Shown: positions 22,061 through 32,263 of the stretch, piece by piece
Layout: each line of letters begins with the position of its first letter
Numbering within the stretch: position 1 is the stretch's first letter
Assembly: GCA_963751275.1 (NCBI GenBank)
Contig: CAVVTZ010000007.1
Coordinates: 916,006-980,005, forward strand
Direction of reading: 5' to 3'
Origin: an uncultured Gemmatimonadaceae bacterium
Lineage (GTDB): Bacteria; Gemmatimonadota; Gemmatimonadetes; Gemmatimonadales; Gemmatimonadaceae
Length of the DNA stretch: 64,000 nucleotides
Position numbers and translations under genes: made by a program
The notes under the pieces: generated by a model
Told to the model about the DNA's origin: nothing
Database searches by the model: none
The model's input: the letters and a program-made list of their open reading frames with translations, nothing else

Positions 22061-22636
22061 ATGTCACTCGACATCAAGAAGCTTGGCCTCACAGCGACGG
22101 CAATGCTGGTCGCGCTCTCCCTCGGTGCGCAGCAGCCCGCAGCGGCGCCAGCCGCTCCGATCGCGGGCGGAGTCGTCGGCGAAGTCACGCAGTGGAAGGG
22201 GGTGGTCCAGTCGGTCGATCTTCAGACGCGGTGGGTCGTGGTCCAAGGCATGCAGGGGACGATCCACGCCTTCAAGGCGCAGAAGGGTGTGAACCTGAAC
22301 AGCGTCAAGGCGGGCGACTCGCTGACGGTGGACTACGTGGAATCGATCGCGGTCTACCTGCGGAAGGCCACTGATCCACCGGTCGCCGGCTCCGCGAATC
22401 TGACCACCGTCAAGCCGAAGGGGCTGCCCGCGGTGACGGACGTGTCAGTGACGGAAGTCCAGGCGAATGTGACCGCGGTGAATCAGGCGAAGCGCTCACT
22501 CACGGTGGTCGGCCCGGGCGCGAAGTCGTACACGTTCACGGTCGATCCGAGCGTCACCGCCTTCTCGCAGGTGAAGGTGGGCGACCAGATCGTGGTCCGC
22601 TACACCGAGTCGATCGCGGTCAAGGTCACGAAGTAA
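22061..22636 (+). CDS. Secreted protein with two internal OB-fold-like repeats
   Basis: GGAGG RBS; signal peptide; VKAGDSLTVDYVESIAV and VKVGDQIVVRYTESIAV. Confidence 0.75.
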   Translation: MSLDIKKLGLTATAMLVALSLGAQQPAAAPAAPIAGGVVGEVTQWKGVVQSVDLQTRWVVVQGMQGTIHAFKAQKGVNLNSVKAGDSLTVDYVESIAVYLRKATDPPVAGSANLTTVKPKGLPAVTDVSVTEVQANVTAVNQAKRSLTVVGPGAKSYTFTVDPSVTAFSQVKVGDQIVVRYTESIAVKVTK

Positions 22637-22723
22637 CGGAGTATCGCTGACGCCGGCGCGCGCCCGGGTGTTCCCGGGTGCGCGCCGGATTCCATTGGTT
22701 GGGGACTAACGGGGGAACTTCGC

Positions 22724-25416
22724 ATGCAGAATTCTCGCACGATGGCGGAAGTGATCCGAGTTGCCGCTGCAACGGTGCTGGCGCTAGCGAGCATCGCGCC
22801 GATCGCCTCCGCCCAGGTCGTCACCGGCACACCGGGAAGCCCAAGCGCTACGACCACGATCAGCGGGAACCAGCTCCCCGCGCCGCCGCAGAAATTCGGC
22901 GGCGTCATCAAGGATGTCGCCAAGGAATCGAAGCCCTGGTGGCCCGAGACGATCGTGCCGGGGAAGGGCGCGCCGAACATCCTGCTCATCATGACCGACG
23001 ACGCGGGCTACGGCGTGGACGGCACGTTCGGCGGCGTCATCCCCACGCCAACGATGGACAAGATCGCGGCGGAAGGACTGCGCTTCACGCAATTCCACTC
23101 CACATCGCTCTGCTCACCGACGCGCGCGGCGCTCATCACCGGGCGCAATCACCACTCGGTGGGTTTCGGCGTGGTCACCGAGATGTCCACGGGGTACCCG
23201 GGCTACAACTCGATCATCGGACCGGAGAACGCGACGGTCGGCCGGATCCTCAAGGACCACGGCTACGCGACCTCCTGGTTCGGCAAGAATCACAACACGC
23301 CGGGCTTCCAGCTGAGCAGCGCCGCCGGTCCCTTCGATCAGTGGCCGAGCGGAATGGGCTTCGACTATTTCTACGGCTTCATGGGCGGCGAAACGGACCA
23401 GTGGCATCCGTATCTCTTCCGGAACCACGATCAGGTCTTCCCGTGGATCGGGCGCCCGGATGGCGAGTACAACCTGATCACCGACATGGCGGATGATGCC
23501 ATTCGCTATCTCAAGGAGCTGAACGCGTCCGCGCCGGACAAGCCGTTCTTCCTCTACTACGTGCCGGGCGCGACGCACGCGCCGCACCACCCCAAGCCGG
23601 AGTGGGTCGCGAAGTTCAAGGGGAAGTTCGACATGGGATTCGAGAAGCTGCGCGACTCGATCTTCGCGAATCAGCAGCGGCTCGGCGTCATCCCGCCGGG
23701 AACGCAGCTCACGCCATGGCCGGCTGATCTCCCGAAGTGGGACACACTGTCCGCATTGCAGAAGCGCCTGTACGCGCGGCAGGCCGAGGTGTTCGCCGGC
23801 TACGGCGCGTACGTGGACAACGAGATCGGCCGCGTGATCCAGGCTGTGGCCGATCTGGGGAAGCTCGATAACACGCTGATCATCTACATCTGCGGCGACA
23901 ACGGCACGAGTCCCGAGGGCGCGGTGCAGGGAACGCCGAACGAGCAGACCACGTTCAACGGCATCCAGCACCTGCCCGATGCGGTGCAGCTGCTCCACTA
24001 CAACGATTGGGGTTCCGAGTACACGTACCCGCACATGTCGGCCGCGTGGGCGTGGGCGTTCGACACGCCGTTCAAGTGGACGAAGCAAGTGGCGTCGCAC
24101 TTCGGCGGCACGCGCCAGGGGATGGTCATCGCGTGGCCCGGTCACATCGCCGACAAGGGCGGCATCCGCACGCAGTTCCATCACGTGATCGATGTGGTGC
24201 CCACGATCCTCGAGGCCAGCGGCATCAAGGCGCCCGAGTACGTGGACGGGATCAAGCAGACGCCGCTCGACGGCGTGAGCATGCTCTACACGCTCGACAA
24301 GGCGAACGCGAACGCGCCGTCGCACCGCACCACGCAGTACTTCGAGATGATCGGCAATCGCGCGATCTATCACGACGGCTGGGTCGCGGCCACCACGCCG
24401 CCCGAGCCGCCTTGGTTGATGGGCTCGGGTCCGAAGCTGCCGGAGGACATCATCGGCGGCTACAAGTGGGAGCTCTACCACATCACCGACGATTACTCGG
24501 AGAACAACGATCTGGCGGCGAAGGAACCGGCGAAGCTCAAGGAGATGGAGGCGCTCTTCTACACCGAGGCGGCCAAGTACCACGTGCTGCCCCTCGACAA
24601 CACGTCGCTCCCGCGCTTCGTGACGCCGCGGCCCAGCGCCGTGGCGGGGCGCACGGAGTTCACGTACTGCCGGCGTGATCACCGGGATCCCCAATGGGAA
24701 CACGCCGAGCATCCTTCTCGAAGGACTTCACGATCACGGCGGACGTGACGTGCCGAGCGGCGGTGGCGAAGGGACGATCGTGACCTACGGCGGCCGTTTC
24801 GGCGGTTACGCGCTCTATCTCAGCCGCACGTTCAACTGGTGGTATCGTGCGAGCTGCTTCCGGCGGATCGGTCTCGTGCTGGCGGTGATCGGGCTGCTCT
24901 TCGTGGCGCTCGGCGCGCAGGCGGCAGTGGGGGAAGTTCGGCATGCGCTTCAGCTATGGCTGGCGATCGCCGGGGCCGGCTGGTGGGTATCGTGCGTGGT
25001 GGTGGAATGCTCGGGATCGGGAGCGGAAAACCGGTGTTCCTGTACAACTTCCTGGACCTGGAACGCGCCCAAGTGGGAGGGACCATCACTCGGCGCCGGC
25101 AAGCACACGATCGTCTTCGACTTCAAGTACGACGGCCCCGGTCTCGCGAAGGGGGGCACGGGCATGCTCAGCGTGGATGGCAAGGAGGTCGCCCGGCAGA
25201 CCATGGAGCACACGATCCCGATCATGATGTCGAACGGCGAGACGCTGGACATCGGGCTCGACACGCGCACTCCGGTGGACGACAACGAGTACCACGTCCC
25301 GTTCGCGTTCACCGGAACGATCGACAAGGTGACGTACAAGCTCGGCCCGGACCAAATGTCGGCCGAGGACAAGAAGACGGTGGCGACGAGTGGTGCGGGA
25401 CGACATCAACAACTAA
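22724..25416 (+). CDS. Arylsulfatase (Cys-type), several frameshifts after 24660
   Basis: PNILLIMTDD, CSPTRAALITG, FGKNH, GDNG; paralog of 37836..40523; ends ..DINN*. Confidence 0.9.
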
Positions 25417-25517
25417 CGGCAACGGCGTGTGTAGTCGTTGACGTGTAGCAACAGCTGACTGCAAAGGCGCGGGTGGTCGTTGCCACACGTCAACGACCAC
25501 ACGCGCCTCTGCCGTTA
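25414..25517. repeat. Intergenic inverted repeat (39-bp arms) between convergent genes
   Basis: 25414-25452 vs reverse complement of 25479-25517, 5 mismatches. Confidence 0.85.
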
Positions 25518-25970
25518 TTCGTGCAGCAACACGATGTCCATGAAGTCGCCGATCATGTTGTAGTACGCCACCGCGGCCCAGGGAACGTAGCGCACCGTGG
25601 GGCGGCCGACGTGGCCGGCGTTGTCGCGCGGAATGCGCCGCAGTACTATCCCGTCCGCGTTGACCGCAATCAGGTCATAGTTCTGTGGCTCCTGATTGAG
25701 TTGCACCTGCTTGTTGAGGCAGCTCGACATGAGCGAACGGGGTGAGTCCCAGTGATTCGTGAAATCGGCGGAGTGGCAGATGGGGGCGTCGCCTTGGGCG
25801 CCTCCGGTCGGCGCGCTCGACGGCGGCGCGGGCGGAGCCGGCGGCGGATGCATGGGCGCGATCGGCGCAACGGCCGGCTTGATGGGCTTCGGTGTCTGCG
25901 CCTGCAGCCCCGATACGAGCGCGGCGGTCACAGCGATCACCAACAGCGACTGGAACGGCTTCCGGATCAT
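25515..25970 (-). CDS. Hypothetical secreted Pro-rich protein
   Basis: GGAG RBS; signal peptide; Pro/Ala linker; two Cys. Confidence 0.65.
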   Translation of the reverse strand: MIRKPFQSLLVIAVTAALVSGLQAQTPKPIKPAVAPIAPMHPPPAPPAPPSSAPTGGAQGDAPICHSADFTNHWDSPRSLMSSCLNKQVQLNQEPQNYDLIAVNADGIVLRRIPRDNAGHVGRPTVRYVPWAAVAYYNMIGDFMDIVLLHE

Positions 25971-26063
25971 GGCTCCTCTCCGTCGGAGGGTGTGCCAGTA
26001 CGGTAGCCGCAATGGCCGCCGCGCGCCATTGGCGCGCGGGCCCGTGGGGGTTAGGATAGGCTG

Positions 26064-26537
26064 GTGACCGCGCCGAACGCGTCCGAACCGGCCAATGCTC
26101 CGCGCACCTACCGCGTCGCGGCAGGGTGGCGCGTGTTCCTCACGCTCGCGGGCCTCGCCTTCTCAATCGGGGGCCTTTTTTGCTCCTGGTTCGCGTGGAA
26201 CACTCATAGCGAGGAGGCCACGTTCTTCTGGCGGATCGTAGCCGCCGTGGGCTCTCTCGTTTGGGGCGTGGGAGTCGGCTTGTACGGCATCGTCGCCGCC
26301 TCGCGCAACCATCTCGTGCTCACCGCCGACCGGATCATCGTCTACCAATTGCTGTACGGCAGGCAGAGCCTGCGGCGGGACGAGATCGCAGGTCGTCGCC
26401 GGAAAATGCACTATACATTACTAGTTCCGACTCGGCCCGGTCTCGATGCGGTCAGGGTCGATTCGGGCTATGCGACCGACTCGGCGTTTGACGCATGGCT
26501 GGCGTCGATCCCGACTCTCGACGCAGCGAATTCCTAG
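26064..26537 (+). CDS. Hypothetical 2-TM membrane protein
   Basis: Two hydrophobic helices followed by a short soluble domain. Confidence 0.6.
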   Translation: MTAPNASEPANAPRTYRVAAGWRVFLTLAGLAFSIGGLFCSWFAWNTHSEEATFFWRIVAAVGSLVWGVGVGLYGIVAASRNHLVLTADRIIVYQLLYGRQSLRRDEIAGRRRKMHYTLLVPTRPGLDAVRVDSGYATDSAFDAWLASIPTLDAANS

Positions 26538-26556
26538 TCTCACACGGAGGTATCCA

Positions 26557-27103
26557 ATGCGCACCACACGAATGCTCGCCCTCGCGCTCCTCGCGTTCCC
26601 CATCATGGCGCCGGCCCGTCGCGCGCCCGCGCGGAGCGATGAACACGCGGAATGTTCTCAAGACCATTTCCGAGATGACCAAGAAGGATTCGGGGCTCAC
26701 CAAGTTCTTCAAGGGCTCGGCGGGCTATGCGGTATTCCCCACGATCGGCAAAGGCGCGATCGGCATCGGCGGCGCGCACGGCGATGGCGAGCTCATCGTC
26801 GGCGGAACGGCGCTCGGCGAGACCTCGATGACGCAGGTGACGATCGGCTTCCAGCTCGGCGGGCAGGCCTACTCCGAGATCATCTTCTTCGAGGACGCGA
26901 AGACGCTCGCCAATTTCCAGAAGGGCGACTTCGAGTTCGCCGCGCAGGTGAGCGCGGTCGCGCTGAAGGCGGGCGCGTCGGCGAACGCCAAGTACGCGAA
27001 CGGCGTCGCCGTGTTCACCATGGCGAAGGGCGGTCTCATGTACGAAGCGAGCGTGGGCGGACAGAAATTCGGGTACAAGCCCTTCAAGCCCGCGGAAAAA
27101 TGA
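26557..27103 (+). CDS. YSC84/SYLF-like lipid-binding protein, frameshifted
   Basis: GGAGG RBS and signal peptide; GYAVFPTIGKGAIGIGGAHGDG, GFQLGGQ, GGLMYEASVGGQKF. Confidence 0.85.
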
Positions 27104-27196
27104 TGCCCGGCGTCGTGGGATGACGCGCGCGGAGAACTGATGCCGTTGTAGTCCATCATGGCCATCATGTTCATCCTGTCCAGTTCTTGGCTTTAC

Positions 27197-27680
27197 AACA
27201 ACTGCTTTGACAGGATGAACATGATGGACATGGTGGGGGCTCCTCGAAATGACCTGCTCACCGAGAGAGTGATCGGGTTGGCAATGAAGGTGCATCGAGC
27301 GCTTGGACCGGGCTTCCTCGAGGCGGTGTATCGAAGGGCACTCCTCATTGAATTGAGAAACGCGGGCATTCCGGCCGAAGCAGAATGCCGGATCTCGGTG
27401 ATGTATGCAGGACTGCCCGTCGGTGAGTACGTCGCTGACATCACGGTGCAGTGCGCTGTAATCGTGGAATTGAAGGCTGTGGTTGCGCTGAGCACGGCGC
27501 ACGAGGTGCAGCTCGTACACTACCTAACCGCCACCGGCCTCGATGTGGGCCTCTTGCTCAACTTTGGCGCCGAGCGCCTGCAATTCAAACGAAAACATCG
27601 ATTGCCACGCGCCGCGACGATCTGAGCCTCACGCCGTTCCATCATGATCATCATGTTCATCATGTCAAGAGCAGTTGGTT
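27197..27680. mobile_element. Putative element: GxxExxY gene between inverted CAGGAT-family arms (copy B)
   Basis: Left arm 27197-27236 and right arm 27639-27680 are imperfect inverted repeats; extra outward arm at 27153-27180. Mobility is inferred. Confidence 0.6.
27215..27625 (+). CDS. GxxExxY protein (PD-(D/E)XK nuclease-like)
   Basis: LGPGFLEAVY, ADI..VELK, QLVHYL, GLLLNFG. Confidence 0.92.
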   Translation: MNMMDMVGAPRNDLLTERVIGLAMKVHRALGPGFLEAVYRRALLIELRNAGIPAEAECRISVMYAGLPVGEYVADITVQCAVIVELKAVVALSTAHEVQLVHYLTATGLDVGLLLNFGAERLQFKRKHRLPRAATI

Positions 27681-27738
27681 TGAACTCAACTGCACGACGA
27701 TGCTCGTCATGGTGCGAGCGGCGCCCACCAGGAGATAG

Positions 27739-30421
27739 ATGGCCGCTCCAATCATGACCGGTGGTCCGGCGGCCACGCGCCCGCGTGCTGCTGCCCCATC
27801 GAGCCAAGCGGACAGCGACGCCCTCCGGCGCATCGCCTGGTGCGATGCCACGGCGGCGCTCACGGCGCTCGACGCCAAGCGCGAGGGGCTGGACGAGGAA
27901 GAGGTCGAGCGCCGCCGCGAGCAGTTCGGCCGCAATGAGGTCGCGCACGAGAAGGCGCCCGCGTGGTACACGCAGCTGCGCCACGCCTTCGCGAATCCGT
28001 TCAACTTCCTGCTCAGCACCCTGGCCATCGCGTCCGGCGTCACCGGCGATCGCGAGGCCGTGGTGGTCATCGGGCTCATGGTGGCGCTGAGCGTCGGCCT
28101 TCGCTTCGCGCAGGAATTCCGCAGCAACAAGTCCGCCGAGGCGCTGCGGAAGCTCGTGAGCACCAGCACGGCGGTGGAGCGCAGTGACGACGAGTTCCAT
28201 CCCGGCAGCACGCCCGCCGCGCGCCGCCGCGAGATCCCGATGTCCGACCTCGTGCCGGGGGACATCGTCTATCTCTCCGCGGGCGACATGGTGCCCGCCG
28301 ACGTGCGCCTGATCGCGGCGAAGGACCTGTTCGTGAGCCAGAGTGCGCTCACCGGCGAGTCGCTTCCGGTGGAGAAGCTCGACCGCAGCGCGGCGCCGGA
28401 GAAGCCGGCGGCGCTCACCGAGATCCCGACCGTCTGCTTCATGGGCACGAGCGTGATCAGCGGCACCGCGACGGCCGTCGTCGCCACGACCGGCGCGCGC
28501 ACCGCGTTCGGCGCGATGGCGAAGGGGCTCGTCGGGCCAGCGCGTCACGACGGCGTTCGACGTGGGCGTGAGCAAGGTGAGCTGGCTCTTCATCCGGTTC
28601 ATCGTGGTGATGGTGCCGATCGTCTTCCTGCTCAACGGGCTGAACAAGCACGATTGGCTGGAGGCGTTCCTGTTCGGGCTCGCGGTGGCGGTGGGGCTCA
28701 CCCCCGAGATGCTGCCGATGATCGTGACGACGAACCTCGCGAAGGGCGCCGTCACGATGGCGAAGCACAAGACGATCGTGAAGCGGCTCAACGCCATCCA
28801 GAACTTCGGCGCGATGGATGTGCTGTGCACCGACAAGACGGGCACGCTCACGCAGGACAAGATCGTGCTCGAGCGGCACATCAACGTCGTGGGCGAGGAG
28901 GACGACGCGGTGCTCGCGCTCGCGTACCTGAACAGCTTCTACCAGACGGGGCTCAAGAATCTCCTGGACGTGGCGGTGCTGGAGCACGGCGAGATCAAGG
29001 CCGAGCTGGCGATCGACAAGTCCTACTCGAAGGTGGATGAGATCCCCTTCGACTTCACGCGCCGCCGGATGTCGGTGGTGGTGGAGCACGAGCATCAGAC
29101 GCAGCGCCTCATCTGCAAGGGCGCGGTGGAGGAGATGCTCCGCATCTGCCGGTCGGCGCACGATGAGGACCGGGTGACGGAGCTGAATGACGAGCGGCGC
29201 GAGGACGCGAAGGAGCTCGTGGATGGAGATGAGCGAGGACGGGTTCCGCGTGGTGGCCGTGGCGTACCGCGACTTCGCGCCGCGCACGGGTCCGTACACC
29301 GTGGCCGACGAGAGCGATCTCGTGCTGGCGGGGTTCATCGGCTTCCTCGATCCGCCCAAGGAGAGCGCCGCGCCGGCGATCAAGGCGCTCGCGCAGCACG
29401 GCGTGAGCGTGAAGATCCTCACCGGCGACAACGACCTCGTCTCGCGCAAGGTCTGCCAGGATGTGGGCCTCGAAGTCGGACACATCGTGCTCGGCAACGA
29501 GATCGACGGGACTCGACGACGAAGCAGCTCGGCGACGTGGCGTCGACAAAGGCACGGTGTTCGCGAAGCTGACGCCCGACGACAAGGTGCGCATCGTGCG
29601 CGCGCTGCGCGCGCGCGGCCACACCGTGGGCTTCATGGGCGATGGCATCAACGACGCCGGCGCGCTGCGCGAGTCCGACGTGGGCATCTCGGTGGATTCC
29701 GCGGTGGACATCGCCAAGGAATCCGCCGACATCATCCTGCTCGAGAAGAGCCTGATGGTGCTGGAGGAGGGCGTGCTCGAGGGGCGGAAGACGTTCGGCA
29801 ACACCATCAAGTACATCAAGATGACGGCGAGCTCGAACTTCGGGAACGTGTTCAGCGTGCTCATCGCGAGCGCGTTCCTGCCGTTCCTGCCGATGCTGCC
29901 GATCCAGCTCCTCACGGTGAATCTGCTCTACGATCTGTCGCAGACGTCCATCCCGTGGGACGACATGGACCCGGAGTATCTGACCGTGCCGCGGAAGTGG
30001 CGCGCCGACGACATCGGCCGGTTCATGATCTTCATCGGGCCGATCAGCTCGATCTTCGACGTGATCACCTTCGGCGTGATGTGGTACGTCTTCGCGCGCC
30101 AACGGCCCGGCCCACCAGTCGCTCTTCCAGTCGGGGTGGTTCATCGAGTCGCTGCTCACGCAGACGCTCATCGTGCACATGATCCGCACGGCGAAGGTGC
30201 CGTTCATCCAGAGCCGCGCGACGTGGCCGGTGCTCACGGTGACGGCGCTGACCATGGTGATGGGCATCGTGCTGCCCTTCACGCCGCTCGGGAAGAACCT
30301 CGGTCTCGAGGCGCTGCCGGCGAGCTATTTCCTCTGGCTCTTCGCGATCCTCTCGGGCTATTCCGCGCTCACGCAGGTGATGAAGGGCTGGTACATCCGG
30401 CGGTTCGGGACGTGGCTGTGA
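27739..30421 (+). CDS. mgtA: Magnesium-translocating P-type ATPase, several frameshifts
   Basis: [37 protein letters not shown] across frames. Confidence 0.92.
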
Positions 30422-30567
30422 GGGTGAACGGGCGTTGGTGCTGTTGAACGGTTCGAACACCGCATGCGGCGCTTGACTTCGCGACGGGTGAATGCTCAAA
30501 CTGGATAGCGTCGTTCGCTGCGGCGCGCAGCGCAGGCCCACTCGTCCGAGCTCAGCTCCGGGGGATC

Positions 30568-32073
30568 ATGCGGCTCTTTTCCATTGCCGGTGCGGTCTTG
30601 ACCGCCGCGTTCATCGCGGCCGGCACGGTATCGGCACCGGCCCAGGTGGCCACGAGAGCACCGGCGGTGCGGACGACGATGGCGCCCGCGCCGGCTGGAT
30701 TGCAGGCCTTCACTACACCATCGGTGTGCGCGCAGCACTCCGACGTGCCGAACTGCACCGGTGCGCTCGAGCACGGGCTCGTGCTCTTCACCTGGACGTG
30801 CGCGAACTGTGACCCGAACTGGCAGGCGCTGTTCGTCGTGAACGGGCAGCCGGGGGCGGTCTCGGATCTCACTCTCGCGCCTTCCAAGCACGCCGCGCTC
30901 AGTGTGCGCGCGAACCAGTTCAAGTCCGCCGATTGCGTGGCGGTGCGGATCTACAACCCGGCGCAGGCGGGGCAGCAGGCGACGAGCAATGCGGTGTGCC
31001 TGGCGCAGGTGATGGCGGCGCACGTCACGGTGGCGCCACCGGCGGCCAACGTGCGCGCGGCGCCCGCCGCCGGCGCCGCGGTCGCGACGGCGAAGGCGCC
31101 GGCGGCCGTGAGCGCCTCGTTCGTTCCCACGCCCAGCGGCATGGGCAGCACGCACGATCCGCACATGTGCGCGTCGCACGGCGGCACCGCGGGCAGTCTC
31201 GCCTGCTCGGCGGCGCTGCCAGCGGGCCAGCTCGCGCTCGTCTGGACCTGCCACGGATGCAAGGTGAGCGGCTACCGTCTGTATCGCGTGGACAACGGCC
31301 AGCACACGCTGCTCCCGGCGAACGGCGCGTACGCCAGCGATGCCACGATCACGCTCGCGCTGCTCGAGCCGCCGGGCGACGGATTCAATGGGAAGTGCTG
31401 GGCGGTGGCGGCGTACAACGGCTCGAATGAATCGACGCTGAGTAACAGCTGGTGCGCCGGCGCCGGGAGCACGATCTCATCGATGACGCTGCAGCCGGGG
31501 CACGCGCTGCACTGGCAGCATTATCGTCCCTCGCGCACCGGAGTGATCGGCCACACGGACAAGCCGATCGATACGTACGACGCGACGATCTACGTGGGCT
31601 ACGCGGATCACTATTGGAACAACGAGTTCGGCGATTCCTACGATGACTACATCCACCGGTCGGGCGTGTACTTCGATCTCTCGCCGCTGGCCGGGAAGAC
31701 CGTGAGCAAAGCGGTGCTGCAATTCAACGCGTTCTCGTCATGGCACGACTACGACAATACGTCGGGGGATGCTCCGAACCTGACGGCGCAGAGCACGGAG
31801 GCGTGCGTCGCCAGGATCTACAAGGCCACGGATCACTGGTGGGAGAACAACGACCTCGCCTCGAAGGTCTCGTACAGTGCGCCCGGGAATTACAACGGGC
31901 CGACGTTCGGCATCGACGTGACCTCCGCGATCGCCGGCTGGCTCAAGAACCCATCGACGAACTTCGGATTCATCCTGGCGGGTTCCGACGAGAATGACAC
32001 GTGGCACGGCAACCGGAACAACGTGTGTCTCACGCAGCTGGAGTCGGTGGCGCTGGTGGTGAGCTACCACTGA
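30568..32073 (+). CDS. Secreted Cys-rich repeat protein
   Basis: Signal peptide; two copies of C..H..C..AL..WTCxxC; aromatic-rich C-terminal beta domain. Confidence 0.7.
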   Translation: MRLFSIAGAVLTAAFIAAGTVSAPAQVATRAPAVRTTMAPAPAGLQAFTTPSVCAQHSDVPNCTGALEHGLVLFTWTCANCDPNWQALFVVNGQPGAVSDLTLAPSKHAALSVRANQFKSADCVAVRIYNPAQAGQQATSNAVCLAQVMAAHVTVAPPAANVRAAPAAGAAVATAKAPAAVSASFVPTPSGMGSTHDPHMCASHGGTAGSLACSAALPAGQLALVWTCHGCKVSGYRLYRVDNGQHTLLPANGAYASDATITLALLEPPGDGFNGKCWAVAAYNGSNESTLSNSWCAGAGSTISSMTLQPGHALHWQHYRPSRTGVIGHTDKPIDTYDATIYVGYADHYWNNEFGDSYDDYIHRSGVYFDLSPLAGKTVSKAVLQFNAFSSWHDYDNTSGDAPNLTAQSTEACVARIYKATDHWWENNDLASKVSYSAPGNYNGPTFGIDVTSAIAGWLKNPSTNFGFILAGSDENDTWHGNRNNVCLTQLESVALVVSYH

Positions 32074-32112
32074 AACTGATAGACGTTGGACGTTAGACGT
32101 TAGAACAGACAG

Positions 32113-32145
32113 GACGCCCCGCTCGAGACACTCGAGCGGGGCGTC
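32113..32145. terminator. Perfect 15-bp stem-loop, probable terminator
   Basis: gacgccccgctcgag-aca-ctcgagcggggcgtc. Confidence 0.7.
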
Positions 32146-32263
32146 GGCGTCACGATCCTGGCATCCGGCCCGGCCCCTCTTGCCAATTCGTTAGACGATT
32201 CTCACATTACTGGCCCGACGCTCGATCCTGCCCGAGAAGTCCCTACACCAAGAAGAGGTAGCT

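Noticed and set aside
27158..27214. ORF-track start of GxxExxY at 27158
   Set aside because: The extension merely translates the third repeat arm; alignment with the paralog begins after 27215.
30568..32073. Multiheme cytochrome
   Set aside because: The CxxC motifs are not followed by His.
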